Part shown: piece after piece, positions 36,627-48,165 of the stretch | Numbering within the stretch: position 1 is the first letter of the stretch | Layout: the number at the start of each line of letters is the position of its first letter | The notes under the pieces: generated by a model | The model's database searches: none | Told to the model about the DNA's origin: nothing | What the model saw: the letters and a program-made list of their open reading frames with translations, nothing else | Translations under genes and position numbers: made by a program | Assembly (NCBI RefSeq): GCF_025526975.1 | Contig: NW_026515674.1 | Location: 930,001 to 994,000, forward strand | Length of the DNA: 64,000 bases | Source of the DNA: Fimicolochytrium jonesii | Lineage: Eukaryota | Direction: 5' to 3'

Positions 36627-37626
36627 TCAAGCGCCCTCGACGGTGACCCTGATACAATCATCCTGGGCGCCTCTCTGCGCCACGGGCATGATCACGGGCT
36701 GATGCGAGTTACTCCCGCTCATGGAGCAGATGCGATACACGCCGTCCTCGGTAAACGTGCCGCCCGGCACCGTGACACTCAACGTGCGGCCATTCTGCGC
36801 TTCGTCATTCAGCCCCTTGAAGAAGGCAAACGTTCTCGCGTCGGGCGCGGCGTTGGCTTTGGAACCCAGCGGTTGGATGGTGATATGCGAGTGGCCTTGG
36901 ATGACGCCGTCGGAGTTGAGGGTTTGCGGGATGGTGTAGTAGGTTTTGGCTGGGTCGGAGAAGAAACCGGTGTCGAGGTTGCGGTAGTCGACGGTGACGA
37001 GGAGGTCGGAGGAGGCGTCGAGGGTTGCGCCGTTGGAGGGGGAGGTTATTAGGCTTGAGACCTGGGTTGGGGGGAAGTGTGGGGATGGTTAGGATTGGAT
37101 GACTGTAGAAAAGGATGACTGTGCTCAGCTGTGCTGTGCTGTTCGGCCCCCGTACCATGTTGGCAGTAGTAGGCAAGGCACCAATCGGAGTACTCGTGCA
37201 AGCGCCATCCTTGATCTGAGTTCCATCTGAAGGAGTGAGTCCCGTGTCCTTGCAAAACTGAGAGACTGCCGCGGAGGTATCGCCGCCGCCGTTGCCGTTG
37301 TTGCCGCCGTTATTGCCGTTACCGTTGCCGTTGTCGCCGCCGTTGTTACCGTTGCCGTTGTTTCCGCCGTTGTTTCCGCCGTTACCGTTACCGTTGCCCT
37401 TCCCATCACCACCACCACCGTTGTTACCGTTGCCCCTCCCACCACCACCACCGTTGTTGTTGTTGTTGTTGTTGTTGTTATTTTTGTTCGGCTTCTTCTG
37501 ACCCTGGCGTCTGTTACGCTGGCCCTGAGGCGAGGCGTCGACCAGGTTGGGCAAGATGCAGAGGACGAGAATGGCGATGAGGGCCAGAAGGATGCTGACC
37601 CTGCGTGGGGACTGTGTGGTGCGCAT
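36627..37626 (-). CDS. Secreted protein with a Gly/Asn-rich linker and a conserved fungal C-terminal domain of unknown function; 2 exons
   Basis: Signal peptide, N/G repeat, GACTSTPIG...M|VSSLITSP...GHSHITIQ...FAFFKGLND...YRICSM...HQPVIMPVAQRGAQDDC (a recurrent fungal family). Confidence 0.8.
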
Positions 37627-38896
37627 GGTTTTGGAAGGTTTTTGTGGGTGGATGGTGTTTTTGGAAGTTCTGTGCTGTGCTGTGCTTTTGCCGAAGGGGT
37701 GTGGGAAGGCGGAGAACGAAAAGAGAAGTGGTTGCGAAAGATCGGAAGGCAGCAGCAGCTATTAGCTCTCTCTATAGAGTCTCTCCTGGCGCAGCCAACT
37801 CACGAGCGGGAGGGGTGAACAGAGTCAGTCCGTACGTAGGTGAGAAAGAGGAGAGGGAAAAGCGAGGGAAAGTGCGCTGGGGTGATTTGCTTTTGTATTC
37901 CCGTCGTCTCTCCTACTGCAGCGAGCGAAGACGAGGGAGGGCATGCTGAGCCCCTTCGTTCTCCCGCTTTGATTGAGTTGGTTGATTCCGCTGCTTGATT
38001 GCTTGCCGTGCAACGACCCTTGTCCGAAAGCACAGCGAGCGTGGGAACATCGGCCGCTCCCGTCTGCGAGTTCTGTCTGGATCCATTTACGTACCATTGG
38101 GTTATTGGGAGACATGCGGGCCCCCACTTGCGGCCAACCAGCGGTTTCAAGAACATTCGGGGAGGGGTTCTTGTTGTGCAATGCAATGCCCATGTTGCGG
38201 GGGGGGGGGGGGTCAAATCAAATCAACCGGAAAAAAGGGGTTGACGGGGGGGGTTGAAAGAGACGCGTCTGTCGAAATTAAGACGCGCTTCCGGACGTTG
38301 CACAGGGCCGCAGAACGCGTCGCGTCGCGTCTGTTATGCTGAATGTCCGAAAATGGCCCAAAGGACGTCCCATTTCAAGTTGCTTGCAAACAAACAATAA
38401 GAGCGTGTATGCAGGGCAGGCCGAAGGAAAGCCTCGTTTCCCTCGACTTCGAAGGTTTCCCTGATCTCCTGCCCGGCCACCGGGTGAACTTTTTCATCTC
38501 CTTTTGAACGTTTGGACAAGTCTGATGGGGTGAACGTGACCCCCGTCGAGATTCCTCCATATCGATGCCCACCTTCTATAGTATGATATGCCATCCCTTC
38601 GTCTTTGGGAAGATGTTTGACACGCCGAAAAAATGGGGAGATATACTCGCTCGGGGGTCTCAAAATGAACCCCGCGCCGCAAAAACAAACCCAGCTGTGG
38701 ACTACATTAGATGCATCGTATTCTCCACACACATGAGACGCTTCAACAAGTATATGACCACCAATCAGAAACAACCATATGAGGCGGGCACCCATCAGCC
38801 CATACATATAAACCGTACGCCCGACCATACATACATATATACCCACGCAAGTGATTTGGGCCCAAGTGGCCCAAATTCACGCCCAATACGCCCCTC

Positions 38897-41861
38897 CTAC
38901 AAATAAACAACATTATTCTCCACCCCCATCTCATCCCTCTCCACCCTCGCCTCCGCATCCACACACCACACCCCATCCACAACAAACTTGTACACCACCT
39001 TCCCATCCGCCGTCTTCTCCCGTGGGATGCTGATCGTCGCGGAACGCGTGCTGGGGTCGAGGTGCACGCTGCTGGACCAGTCGTCGAAGGTGCCTGTTAC
39101 GAGGACGGAGGTGCCGGGGTGCGGGTAGTGAAACGTGTGCGTGTAGGTTGCGGGTTCCGCGCCGGCGTCGCTGTCTTCGATAGAAGCGGAGGGAGGCCCG
39201 CCCAGATCCGCGACACGGTCCGAGTCCGCCGCGACAGAGTCCAGCACCTCGCTCTCGACCGCCTCATGCTTCTCCCCCTCCGCCTCAATCGCCGGCTGTT
39301 CCTGCTGCTCCTCCCGCGCCGACGCCTCAAAGCCCTTAAACTCCGCAGCCTTCCGCTCAATCTCCTCCACGTTAACTGCAATCATTGCGTGCGACAACTC
39401 GGTCAACGCATCGCGTTCTGCTTTCACTTCTTCAAGCTGTTGTTGAACCGTCTTGAGATTTGCTTGCGACATTTGCAATTCCACGGAAAGTTGTCCGATC
39501 AGGTCGTTCTCGCGTTGTTGGTCTGTTTTAGCTTGTGTTAGCTCGGCGGTCAACTCTTCGACTCGCCTCGTAAGGTCCGCGAGCTCCGTGCGCGTTTCAG
39601 TGAATGTCTTTTCCGCCTCCGTCTTGGCGTCCGACAGCGCTTTGCGGCATGCGTCGAGCTGGGTTTGAAGGGCTTGGTGTTGTTCGTTGACGGTGGTGAG
39701 TTGCGTTCGGAATTCAGACCCTTCTTTCTCGAGCTTCTCCTTTTCTGCCGTTACGAGAGCTAGTTGGTCGCGAGCTTCGGATGCCGCCTTCTCGGCATTC
39801 TCCTTCTCGCCGACAGCAACTGCAATCTTCTCCCTCGCCTCCTTCAGCTCTTCTTCAACTCTCTTCTTCTCGTCAGCCAATTGGCCAAGCTGCCCCCTCA
39901 ACGCCTTCACCTCCTCAACCTCCCCGGTCAATCGCTCAACAACGCTCGCCAACCTTCCATTCTCCCCCCTCAAACTCTCAATCTCAGCCCTATGCTGAAA
40001 CTCCACCTTCCCAACCTCCTCACTCTTCTCCTCCACCTGACTCCTCAAATGCTCAATCTGCGTGTCCCGATCAGCGGTCGCGTTCGTGAGTTCCGCATGC
40101 AGATGCTGGATCCGTTGTTCAGTCTCATTCGCTTGTTGTGTAGAATGGTGGAGTTGCCCGCGCAAGGCGGCGACTTCCGCAGCGTGGAGCTCGCGTTCGG
40201 TGGTGAACTCCTGCGTGAGACGCTTCACAGCCCCGTCAGTCTTCTCACGCTCGGCGGTGAGTTCCTGCGCGAGACGGGAGATGGTAGCCTCGTCACGCGC
40301 GATCTGCGATTCGTATTTCGTCTCAACGTCCCTGACGGCGGTTTCAGCCTCCCGCTTGCCGCGTTCCTCGCCCTCGAAAGCGGTTTGAAGCTGAGATCTC
40401 AAGTCCGCGATCTCGTCATGCAACAGTGCATCGGCGTCTGTCGCCTTCGTCGCCGCCTTGACAGCCCTCTGCGCACGTTCCTCAGCCTCCCTGACATCCA
40501 AATGCAGCCTATTGACACCCTCAGTCAAATGCCTATTGGTCGTGCGCACAATCTCGACCTCGGCGTCCTGGCGTTCCAGCTTGTCTTGCAACTGTTGCAG
40601 CTGGTTGGTGAGGGTGTCGATTTGGGTTTGGGACGCGGCTTTTTCGGTGAGGAGGGTAGCGATGGTTTGCGTAGAGTCGGTTAGACGGGCGTTGAGAGCG
40701 GTGACTTCAGTGAGGGTGATGTGGGTGTTGGATTGGAGGGCGGAGATGTCGGTGGAGAGGGCGTCGAGGTCGTTCTGTGCGCGGTTGGTTTGGACACCGT
40801 TGACGGGAGTCTTTTGGGACGCGAGGGTGGGCTTTGCGGAGGTCTTGGGTTGCTCCTTCGCGGCGATGCGAGATTCCAACACGGCGGGCTCAACGGCCTT
40901 CGATGACACGGACGCTGTAGGAGCAGGAACCTCGGAGATCTCAACATCCCTATCCACAGCCAGCGCATCGGCCACCGGAGCAGCCGTCGGAACATACTCA
41001 TCCGCAGCCGGAGCCACAGCAGCCTCAGCATCCCTACTCACATCCGCGGCACCAACCGCAGCATCCCCACTAATCGGCACAACATCACCAGCCCCTTTCT
41101 GCACCACTGCAGTAGCATGTGCAGCAGCAGCATGCTCAGCAGCCAATTTCGCCTTCTTGTTCCTTTTAGCCGCCTTCTCAGCCGCAGCAGCAATCGCGGC
41201 GAGCTGACCTTGGTCTTTGCCCAGCTTAGCGGTGGTTTTGGGCTTTTGCAGGGTGGTGAGGTGCAAGAGGTCGGCGAAGTTCTCTTCTTCTTCTTCTACA
41301 GGCTCGGTTTCGAGGGAAAGGCTGCGGCTAGAGGCGGCGCCTGGGGATTTGGCTTCGGAAGCGATGGGTGAGGTGCTGCGACCGGCTTTGGCGCCTTTTC
41401 TCTTCTTTTTCTTGCCGATCTGCAATGGAAAGAAAATAGTTTGGTATCAACATTGTGTAAGATTGGGCGATGGGATCAAAAAGACCCTCGCATCCGCATT
41501 CGCTCTAAAATGCGCTCGCTACCGCACGAGTCATGTCCATATCTCACAAACCCACCTGCTCAACCCCACCGACCTCATCCCTCACCTCCTTCACTTCCAC
41601 CACCCCATCCTTCTTCCCCTTCTTCCCACTCTTCTTCTTCCCCTTCTTCCCCTCCACCTCATCCTCACCCTCCAACAACTCCCTCAATAACTTCCCATCA
41701 TCCCCAGCATTCTTCCGACCACCCGTGATGTTAGCGACCCATCCAAAGTAGATAGCAGCGAGAGCGGCAGTGGTGGCGGTGGCGAGGACTGAGAGGCCGA
41801 TTACGGCGCCGAGTTGGGGTTGGCTGGGTGGAGTGGTGGGCTGGAGGGGTTCTGATGACAT
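38897..41861 (-). CDS. N-terminally anchored long coiled-coil protein with a C-terminal AMPK-beta-like glycogen-binding (CBM48) domain; intron 41420-41555
   Basis: TM segment AVIGLSVLATATTAALAAIYFGW, Lys-rich patch, long heptad region, and C-terminal VLVTGTFDDW...YKFVVDGVW...NNV. Confidence 0.8.
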
Positions 41862-44719
41862 TTTTGTAGTGTGAGATGAGATGTTTGTGGACAGCGTGTG
41901 AATAGTGTGCTCGAATTCTGTGATCAACGATATGAGGATAAAGTGGTCGGATACGATTGCCCAAGGAAGGAAGGGCGATCCGTTATGGAGGCTGACAGCG
42001 GTGCCGACTGGGAAGATCAAGCGGAGCGGAGTAAGGGATGCCACTGTGGTGGTTCTTGAGCAGCGGGCGGGTTTCCATCGATGGGGCGATTGGGGCAAAT
42101 GAGATGCTAACCCTAATCTAATCACCGCGTTGGGTTAATTAGAACTCGGAACAACGGAGGCGGAAATCGCTAATCACGCGCTAATCATTTGCACAAGCTC
42201 TTGGGACAAGCTTCTCAGATCAGAGCACGCAATCGCCCCTCATTGCGACGCGTAGGCTCCCCAACACCGCCGCCGGCAATTGCCCCGCATGGCGCAGATT
42301 CGGCGCTTGCTGCCGCAACGAAAACATGTCCCTAGCATCAGTGAAATTGCATCGATGGCGATGAGAGATGGACCGGAGTGGTTTCCGAGGTTGGAAGCGC
42401 ATATTAGAGCTGCTCCAGAGTCCGGACACAGTTGAAATTCAATGGAGGTCTCTATATCTAGCGACATTTCCAGGCACTTGCAAGTCACTTTACGTTTTTC
42501 TCGCCCATCTTGTGGCGGTTGTGGAGAGTGTATGAAAGAGGAGGTCGGAGGGACTCACAGGAATACTCGGATATGCCAGAATTTATAACGAGAACACACT
42601 GGACGGGGTGTGAAGTGGGAACATCTGGCTTTCCAGACAAACGACGAGGCTATTCGAGGGTTTTGGGAGGCCATCACCATTTCTTGAAGATACGGCTCAG
42701 CCCATTGGTGTGCCTCGAAAATGGGGCAGCTTACAGCATGCCACCTCGAAAGCAGGATTGACATTGTGTGGGATTTTCCACGCATTTGAACGCATTTCGA
42801 GGAGTAACCCATTACGCCACTGCTAGGGCGGCTGCATCAGATCGAGATGCGGTCTATAACATGACGTGCAGATCGGCTGGTTCCTAGTGTTTTTTTGGGC
42901 TGGTGGGGTGAAAAGGCCATGCTCCCCATCTTAGTCATCTGTCAGATCTTTGGATAGAATTTTGGACTGTTTGACGTGCCGATGCAAAAATTCAGACGAA
43001 GGGCCGGCAGACGGGTGTGGAATTTTGAGCAGCGATGAAACGACACTCTAACTTCTGGAGCTCGGTCGATAGTGGACGGACCCTTTGCCGCTGTTTGATT
43101 CCAACAGCGTCGTTTCCGGGCACAGGGCAGCAACAGTCTCTCGAAGCATGTTTGCCACCCGGCGTGTACCACCACTCGGGGTACAGATAGACGGCCGATG
43201 CTAGATAGATACATGTGGGCACCGTCTATGCAGAGAGCGCCGTTTTCGACTTGACTGCCGCGCTGTTGGCGTTCGATGGATCCTGAACGCCTCGGGCTGT
43301 CCAAGGTGCAGACCAAAGGGAGAGGACATGAACCTCACGGTTGAGATGGAGTTTCGATCTGTGAGACTTAGGCACTGGGATTTACCGGCTAAACGGTCAA
43401 AGGATGGACATGCAGACGTACAGGGCAGTCGTCAGATCCAGTTCTGACAACATCAAGCCGTCGTGATGGTGAATGATGATTCCGGCGTTTCGATTTTCAC
43501 GCTGGCGGTTCATACGCCATGACTATCCTTGCAGCCTCTATCGAAATGAAGAGAGGAGGTCCCAACCCTGCGCTTATAGCGTTGAGTAAAGTGATTGCTT
43601 TCATCTCGCGTTTTGCTGGAAGACCGTAAGCTGCTGTCTAATACGAACTCTCCGGCTGCCAGTCACAAAGAGTTGTCAAATCGTAAAACTTTCCGCTTCT
43701 GACAGCAATCGACAGCGCGTCCCCCCGTCACTTTCCGCAACAACAGTCCCCCCGTTGCCTTCCCCACACTCCCCATCACAACCTCCGCTTTATTTACATC
43801 AAAACAGCTAGCACATGCCATTGTCTCATGTTGGGGATGCTCGATTATGTCAGTTCCCGTGGCAACCGGAAGCTTGCGTGTGGCTTGCGGAGAAGAAAAA
43901 CAGCAACGGATATAAGAAAGGGCGGAGGGCCGGTGACGCCCTCTGATGCCCCGAGTGGATAAGATCGCGGCGGCGCTGGGATATGCGGCTCATGGGAACG
44001 GTGAGCTGGGCGTGAATATATGATGCGAGGGTGCTTTCAAGAGAGGTTTCTGAGAGGCAGGACAGAGCGCTTCTTCGAAGGTGGACGGAAGCAAGGTTCT
44101 CACACCCCCCATTTGAGCCGAACAACTTGAGACTTTTACCTTTGAAACCTGCCTGGTTGTCTGTTAGCTCCATACCTGGCGAAAACAACCTATGTACACA
44201 CCTGAGTTCGTTCGTCGTTCTTAGAAACAGCGCTATCGAACTGAATTGTGTGAGCGAACACTGTTCAAAGGGACACTCACAGCACACGACTCAAAAGAGC
44301 ACAAGTCTGCATCGTCTTTCCATCTCCTACCCTATCTCCATAAGGTATGCATGACCCAGGGCTCCGAGTTGGATCGGGAGCCGAGACGCACATAGACACT
44401 GCGCGGTTGTGGAGAACCATCCATCCTGCAGGGACAGAGAGACTACTTGGAAACTTCGGACTCACTGAACGACCCGTTCCTTCGACCCAATATTTAGATT
44501 CCGACGATCCCAGGGTGCGACGCTGCTCATGCAGGCTACCTCGCGACACTCGGGAATACGAGTAGAAACGATATATCGGTTTTCGGACTGCGTCGACGGC
44601 ACTGACGGCTGCTCAGTACAAAGTCAAGTCGAAAGAGACGCTCTACAAGCTATCAAGTTGCGAAGTTTCATCGGGCTTACTAAGAAGTTGAACTAGATTG
44701 AGTAACATCACGAACCAAC

Positions 44720-47054
44720 ATGTCCGCGGAAGGATCAAAGCGACAGCCAAAATCGGAAGATGAAAGCGAGGCGTACGCTGATTACTACTCGAATTTCGCA
44801 GAAGAGTATTTCGCTAGTGAGAACGGAAACACTCGTTATCCGCGCCGCTTATCCTTCGGCAGGAACAATAGTCTTCAGTCCAACATCGGGGAGCCCTGGC
44901 GGCCGTCGGAATCGGGAAATCGAGAACCTGCACGCCAACCCAAGACCACGTCCTATCAAGACCCGCAGCAACAGCAGGCTGTCCGTCGACAGGCCCTCTC
45001 GTACCTTGAACAAGAAACGGCGGTGCGTCGTCGCCATGAGGAGGCGAACGTTGCTGGGGCCCCAATTTCACAATGTATTGGACGAGCGTCGGACTTTGGA
45101 AAGCCTTCGCTTTGGGAATGGAATGCTATCAATGCAATGCCGGGCGAAAGTAACAATGAACGTGGTAGGTGATGGCTTGAATGGGATCCTCCGATTGCGG
45201 GCTGGATGCAGAAGCTGACGTGTGTTTTGATGTGTTTCAAGATACTGCACGTCGAAGCTCCACACCTAGTGCCAGGGCATCTTCAAACGAAAGCCTTGGC
45301 AACGGCTACGGCGCCGAAGAATGGGACGATCTTCCGTGTAGCTCACGACACCGCAGCAGATCCTACGACTTCGGCGTCAACCTCCCAAGCAACTCATTCA
45401 GACTGGCCAACGAGTCGCCAGGCCCCAGACGCCTGACGCCCACAACATTCGAAACCGAGGATTTTAACCGGGACTACATTTTCCCAACGCACATGGAGTC
45501 TCGCCCCGCCCAAGGCTACCACGCGGAACGTCCCGCACAAGATGACATATGGCCTTCATTCGTCTCTCCACCGACCGTGGAAGGAATCCGCCGCTACAGC
45601 GATGCGCCCAGACCGAGGTATTGCGAGAGTGAACCGCAACCTATGATGCGACGCCATGATAGCGATGTTTCTCTCATGCGCACTGACCAATCTAGCTTTG
45701 CGGCTCAGTCGCGCGCTTCGCCGGGAACGTTCAATGCAGGCAGAGGTTATGGGAACTACGTGGATGACAGCTCTTTTCGCGAATCTTATGGTGCGCTGAC
45801 ATCGCTCCTGAGCCTAATTAATCCATAGTATGCTGATTATAATCTCGCGCTCCAGGGACCAATCGTTATTCATTTCCAAGCCCAAGCCCTGGTCCGCCAT
45901 CCGCTTCGCGACAGCAACATCAAAGAGCCGTATCCCTCACCGCCTTGTCCGAATTCCACGGCAATGGCATCAAGAACACTTTGGAAAGTCCTGCATGGGC
46001 CGACACTACACCAAGACCCTCAGGTTCCTCCATTGTAGCAGCTCGCGACCGCGCAGCACACTCGCAACAAGTCCAAGAACAGCTTCTGCGCGAATACCAA
46101 GAAGACGCAGAATGGAGCGAAGCCGCTACCAAATTCATGGAGTCTCGTCCGGGAGACTTTGCCGCCGGCTTATCGGCCCGCCAGACAGATCCGGGATCGG
46201 TCAGTGGTGCTTTGTTTTTGAGACCCGTTCGCCCTGCGTCGATGCCGACCCTGCCGCAGCTCGTAAATCCAAGCCCGGCGGCGTTGGTGAAGCCTAATCC
46301 GTGGGCTCAACAGAAGGTTGCCGAATTTGTAGCTGCCCGTGGGTTGAATCCGGGGCCATTTGTGTTCGATGTCAGGCCTCGTCATGTAAGTGAATGCTCA
46401 CTCATCTGAGGGCGAGAAGGGCTGCTCAAAATCTGATGCCTACAATCCGCAGGCCCGTTATTTCGTGATCAAGTCAAACTCAGCAACCAACATCGTCGCC
46501 TCCGTCCAGCACAACGTCTGGTCTTCCACCGAACTCGGCAACCGCCGGCTCGACAACGCCTTTAAAGCAAACCAAGCAGCCGCCGCAACCGCAGCCGCCT
46601 CCGGCGCCGTTGAATCCCAGCCCAACAGCCCCGTTCGCGGCCTCGGCGCACACGATCACGCGGTGTTCCTTTTCTTCTCGGTAACCTCTTCTGGACGCTT
46701 TTGCGGAGTGGCCCGTATGACGAGTGCTGTGGACTGGAATTGTACGGTCACGATTTGGGAGCAAGCGAAGAGGTGGAAGGGCGCTTTCAATGTCGAGTGG
46801 ATCTTCGTGAAGGACGTTCCCAACAATGCTGTACGTCATTTGAAAGTCAGGTATGCTTTTCTGCCAGAAAACCCTAGGTATGCAGTCTGCCTCCAGCTGA
46901 TTTGATATCCCCGCCCAGTGCCAACGAAAACAAACCAGTCTCGAACTCAAGGGATACCCAAGAGCTGACCGAAGCCATCGGTCACGAGATGCTAAGGATC
47001 TACTGCGAATTCCACACGCAGACCTCAGTTTTGGAAGAACTGTTTACATTGTAA
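44720..47054 (+). CDS. YTH-domain (m6A reader) protein; multi-exon
   Basis: RYFVIKS...VWSST.GNRRL...FLFFSV.SSGRFCGVA...W...WKG.F.VEWIFVKDVPN...ENKPVSNSRDTQE. The three cage Trp residues are present. Long disordered N-terminus with uncertain exons. Confidence 0.88.
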
Positions 47055-48165
47055 GGGTTGCGAGCCAGCTCAGCAAAATCCAACGACGCTATATCGTTCG
47101 GAAGACCGAGAAACAAAAGACCAAAAATCAACGAACACTCCCACCCAAGTTTGCAGCAAAAGGAACAATTCTGTCTCGCTCCGGTGTCGATTCTCTTTGG
47201 GCCAATAGGGGGACCTGTTTGCGGGTCCATTTTCATGCTACCGCTCTGCTATCGTTCTTGACCCCCTTCCAACCTTTCAACTCCCCCCATTTGAATTTCT
47301 GTTCCTTCAAAAGGACAGTTCGGCTGGAACCTCTTCTTGGCACTAGGAAGACCGTGCCAGAAACTTCTATTGCCGCTTTCTTACTGTAGCTACTAAGTTT
47401 TGAAGCTTTGATATTTTTTATTTTGAAATGCAAACCGCCACTGCAAAGCTTGTATAGGCCCCCACAATTATCCTTTGAGGGCGGTGAGTTCACGCGTCTC
47501 AGCGCTCACTGTTATGTAAGCGTGCGGAGTTGACAGCCCGCCGAATTTGAGTTCCGCATTGTTTGCCCAGAGCGGTAGTATAGTATCCAACGCATGACTG
47601 GTCGGAAAACGATTCAAGTCAGGGGGACGGAGGTCAACCCAGCTCTCTGGTCCCTCACTAAGTGTTCGGAGTGAAAGAGACCTCAAGGAGGGGCGACCGC
47701 CGAAACCTCCGAGGATCTGCCGAGCCCACTCAAATGAAAGGCCATTGATGTGAACCATGCACCGAGGGCTGACATTCACGCCACAAAATAGGGAAACTTA
47801 CCGGTCCATCGTAGTCGAGAACGTAAAGGAGATAACTCAGCGTGCTGATCCCATCCCCCTCAAAGGGCTGAGCACCCGAGGTCGTTGGAGACAGACTGAA
47901 TAAAAACCGGTGAAACCGTCCCCCAGGCCATCCTTGGGTTTATAAAAGGCCTCGTCATTCCAATCGACAACGTGAGTGGGCAGCTTGGCTCAATACCACA
48001 CAAGTTTGCGTAGTTGAAGCCAGCTGGAACGAAACTTCTCTCGTTATCGCAGCCAGTTCAGAAGACTCAGAGCATCTGGAATTTGGCATTGCACTACGTC
48101 AACGTTCAGGCGTTTCAGGGCCTCAGTCATCTTTTTACCGCAACGCTATCCATTCAGAATCAGCC

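Noticed and set aside
42107..42187. ctaaccctaa and repeated TAATC motifs as a telomeric remnant
   Set aside because: Fewer than two telomeric units, compatible with chance or an ordinary promoter motif.
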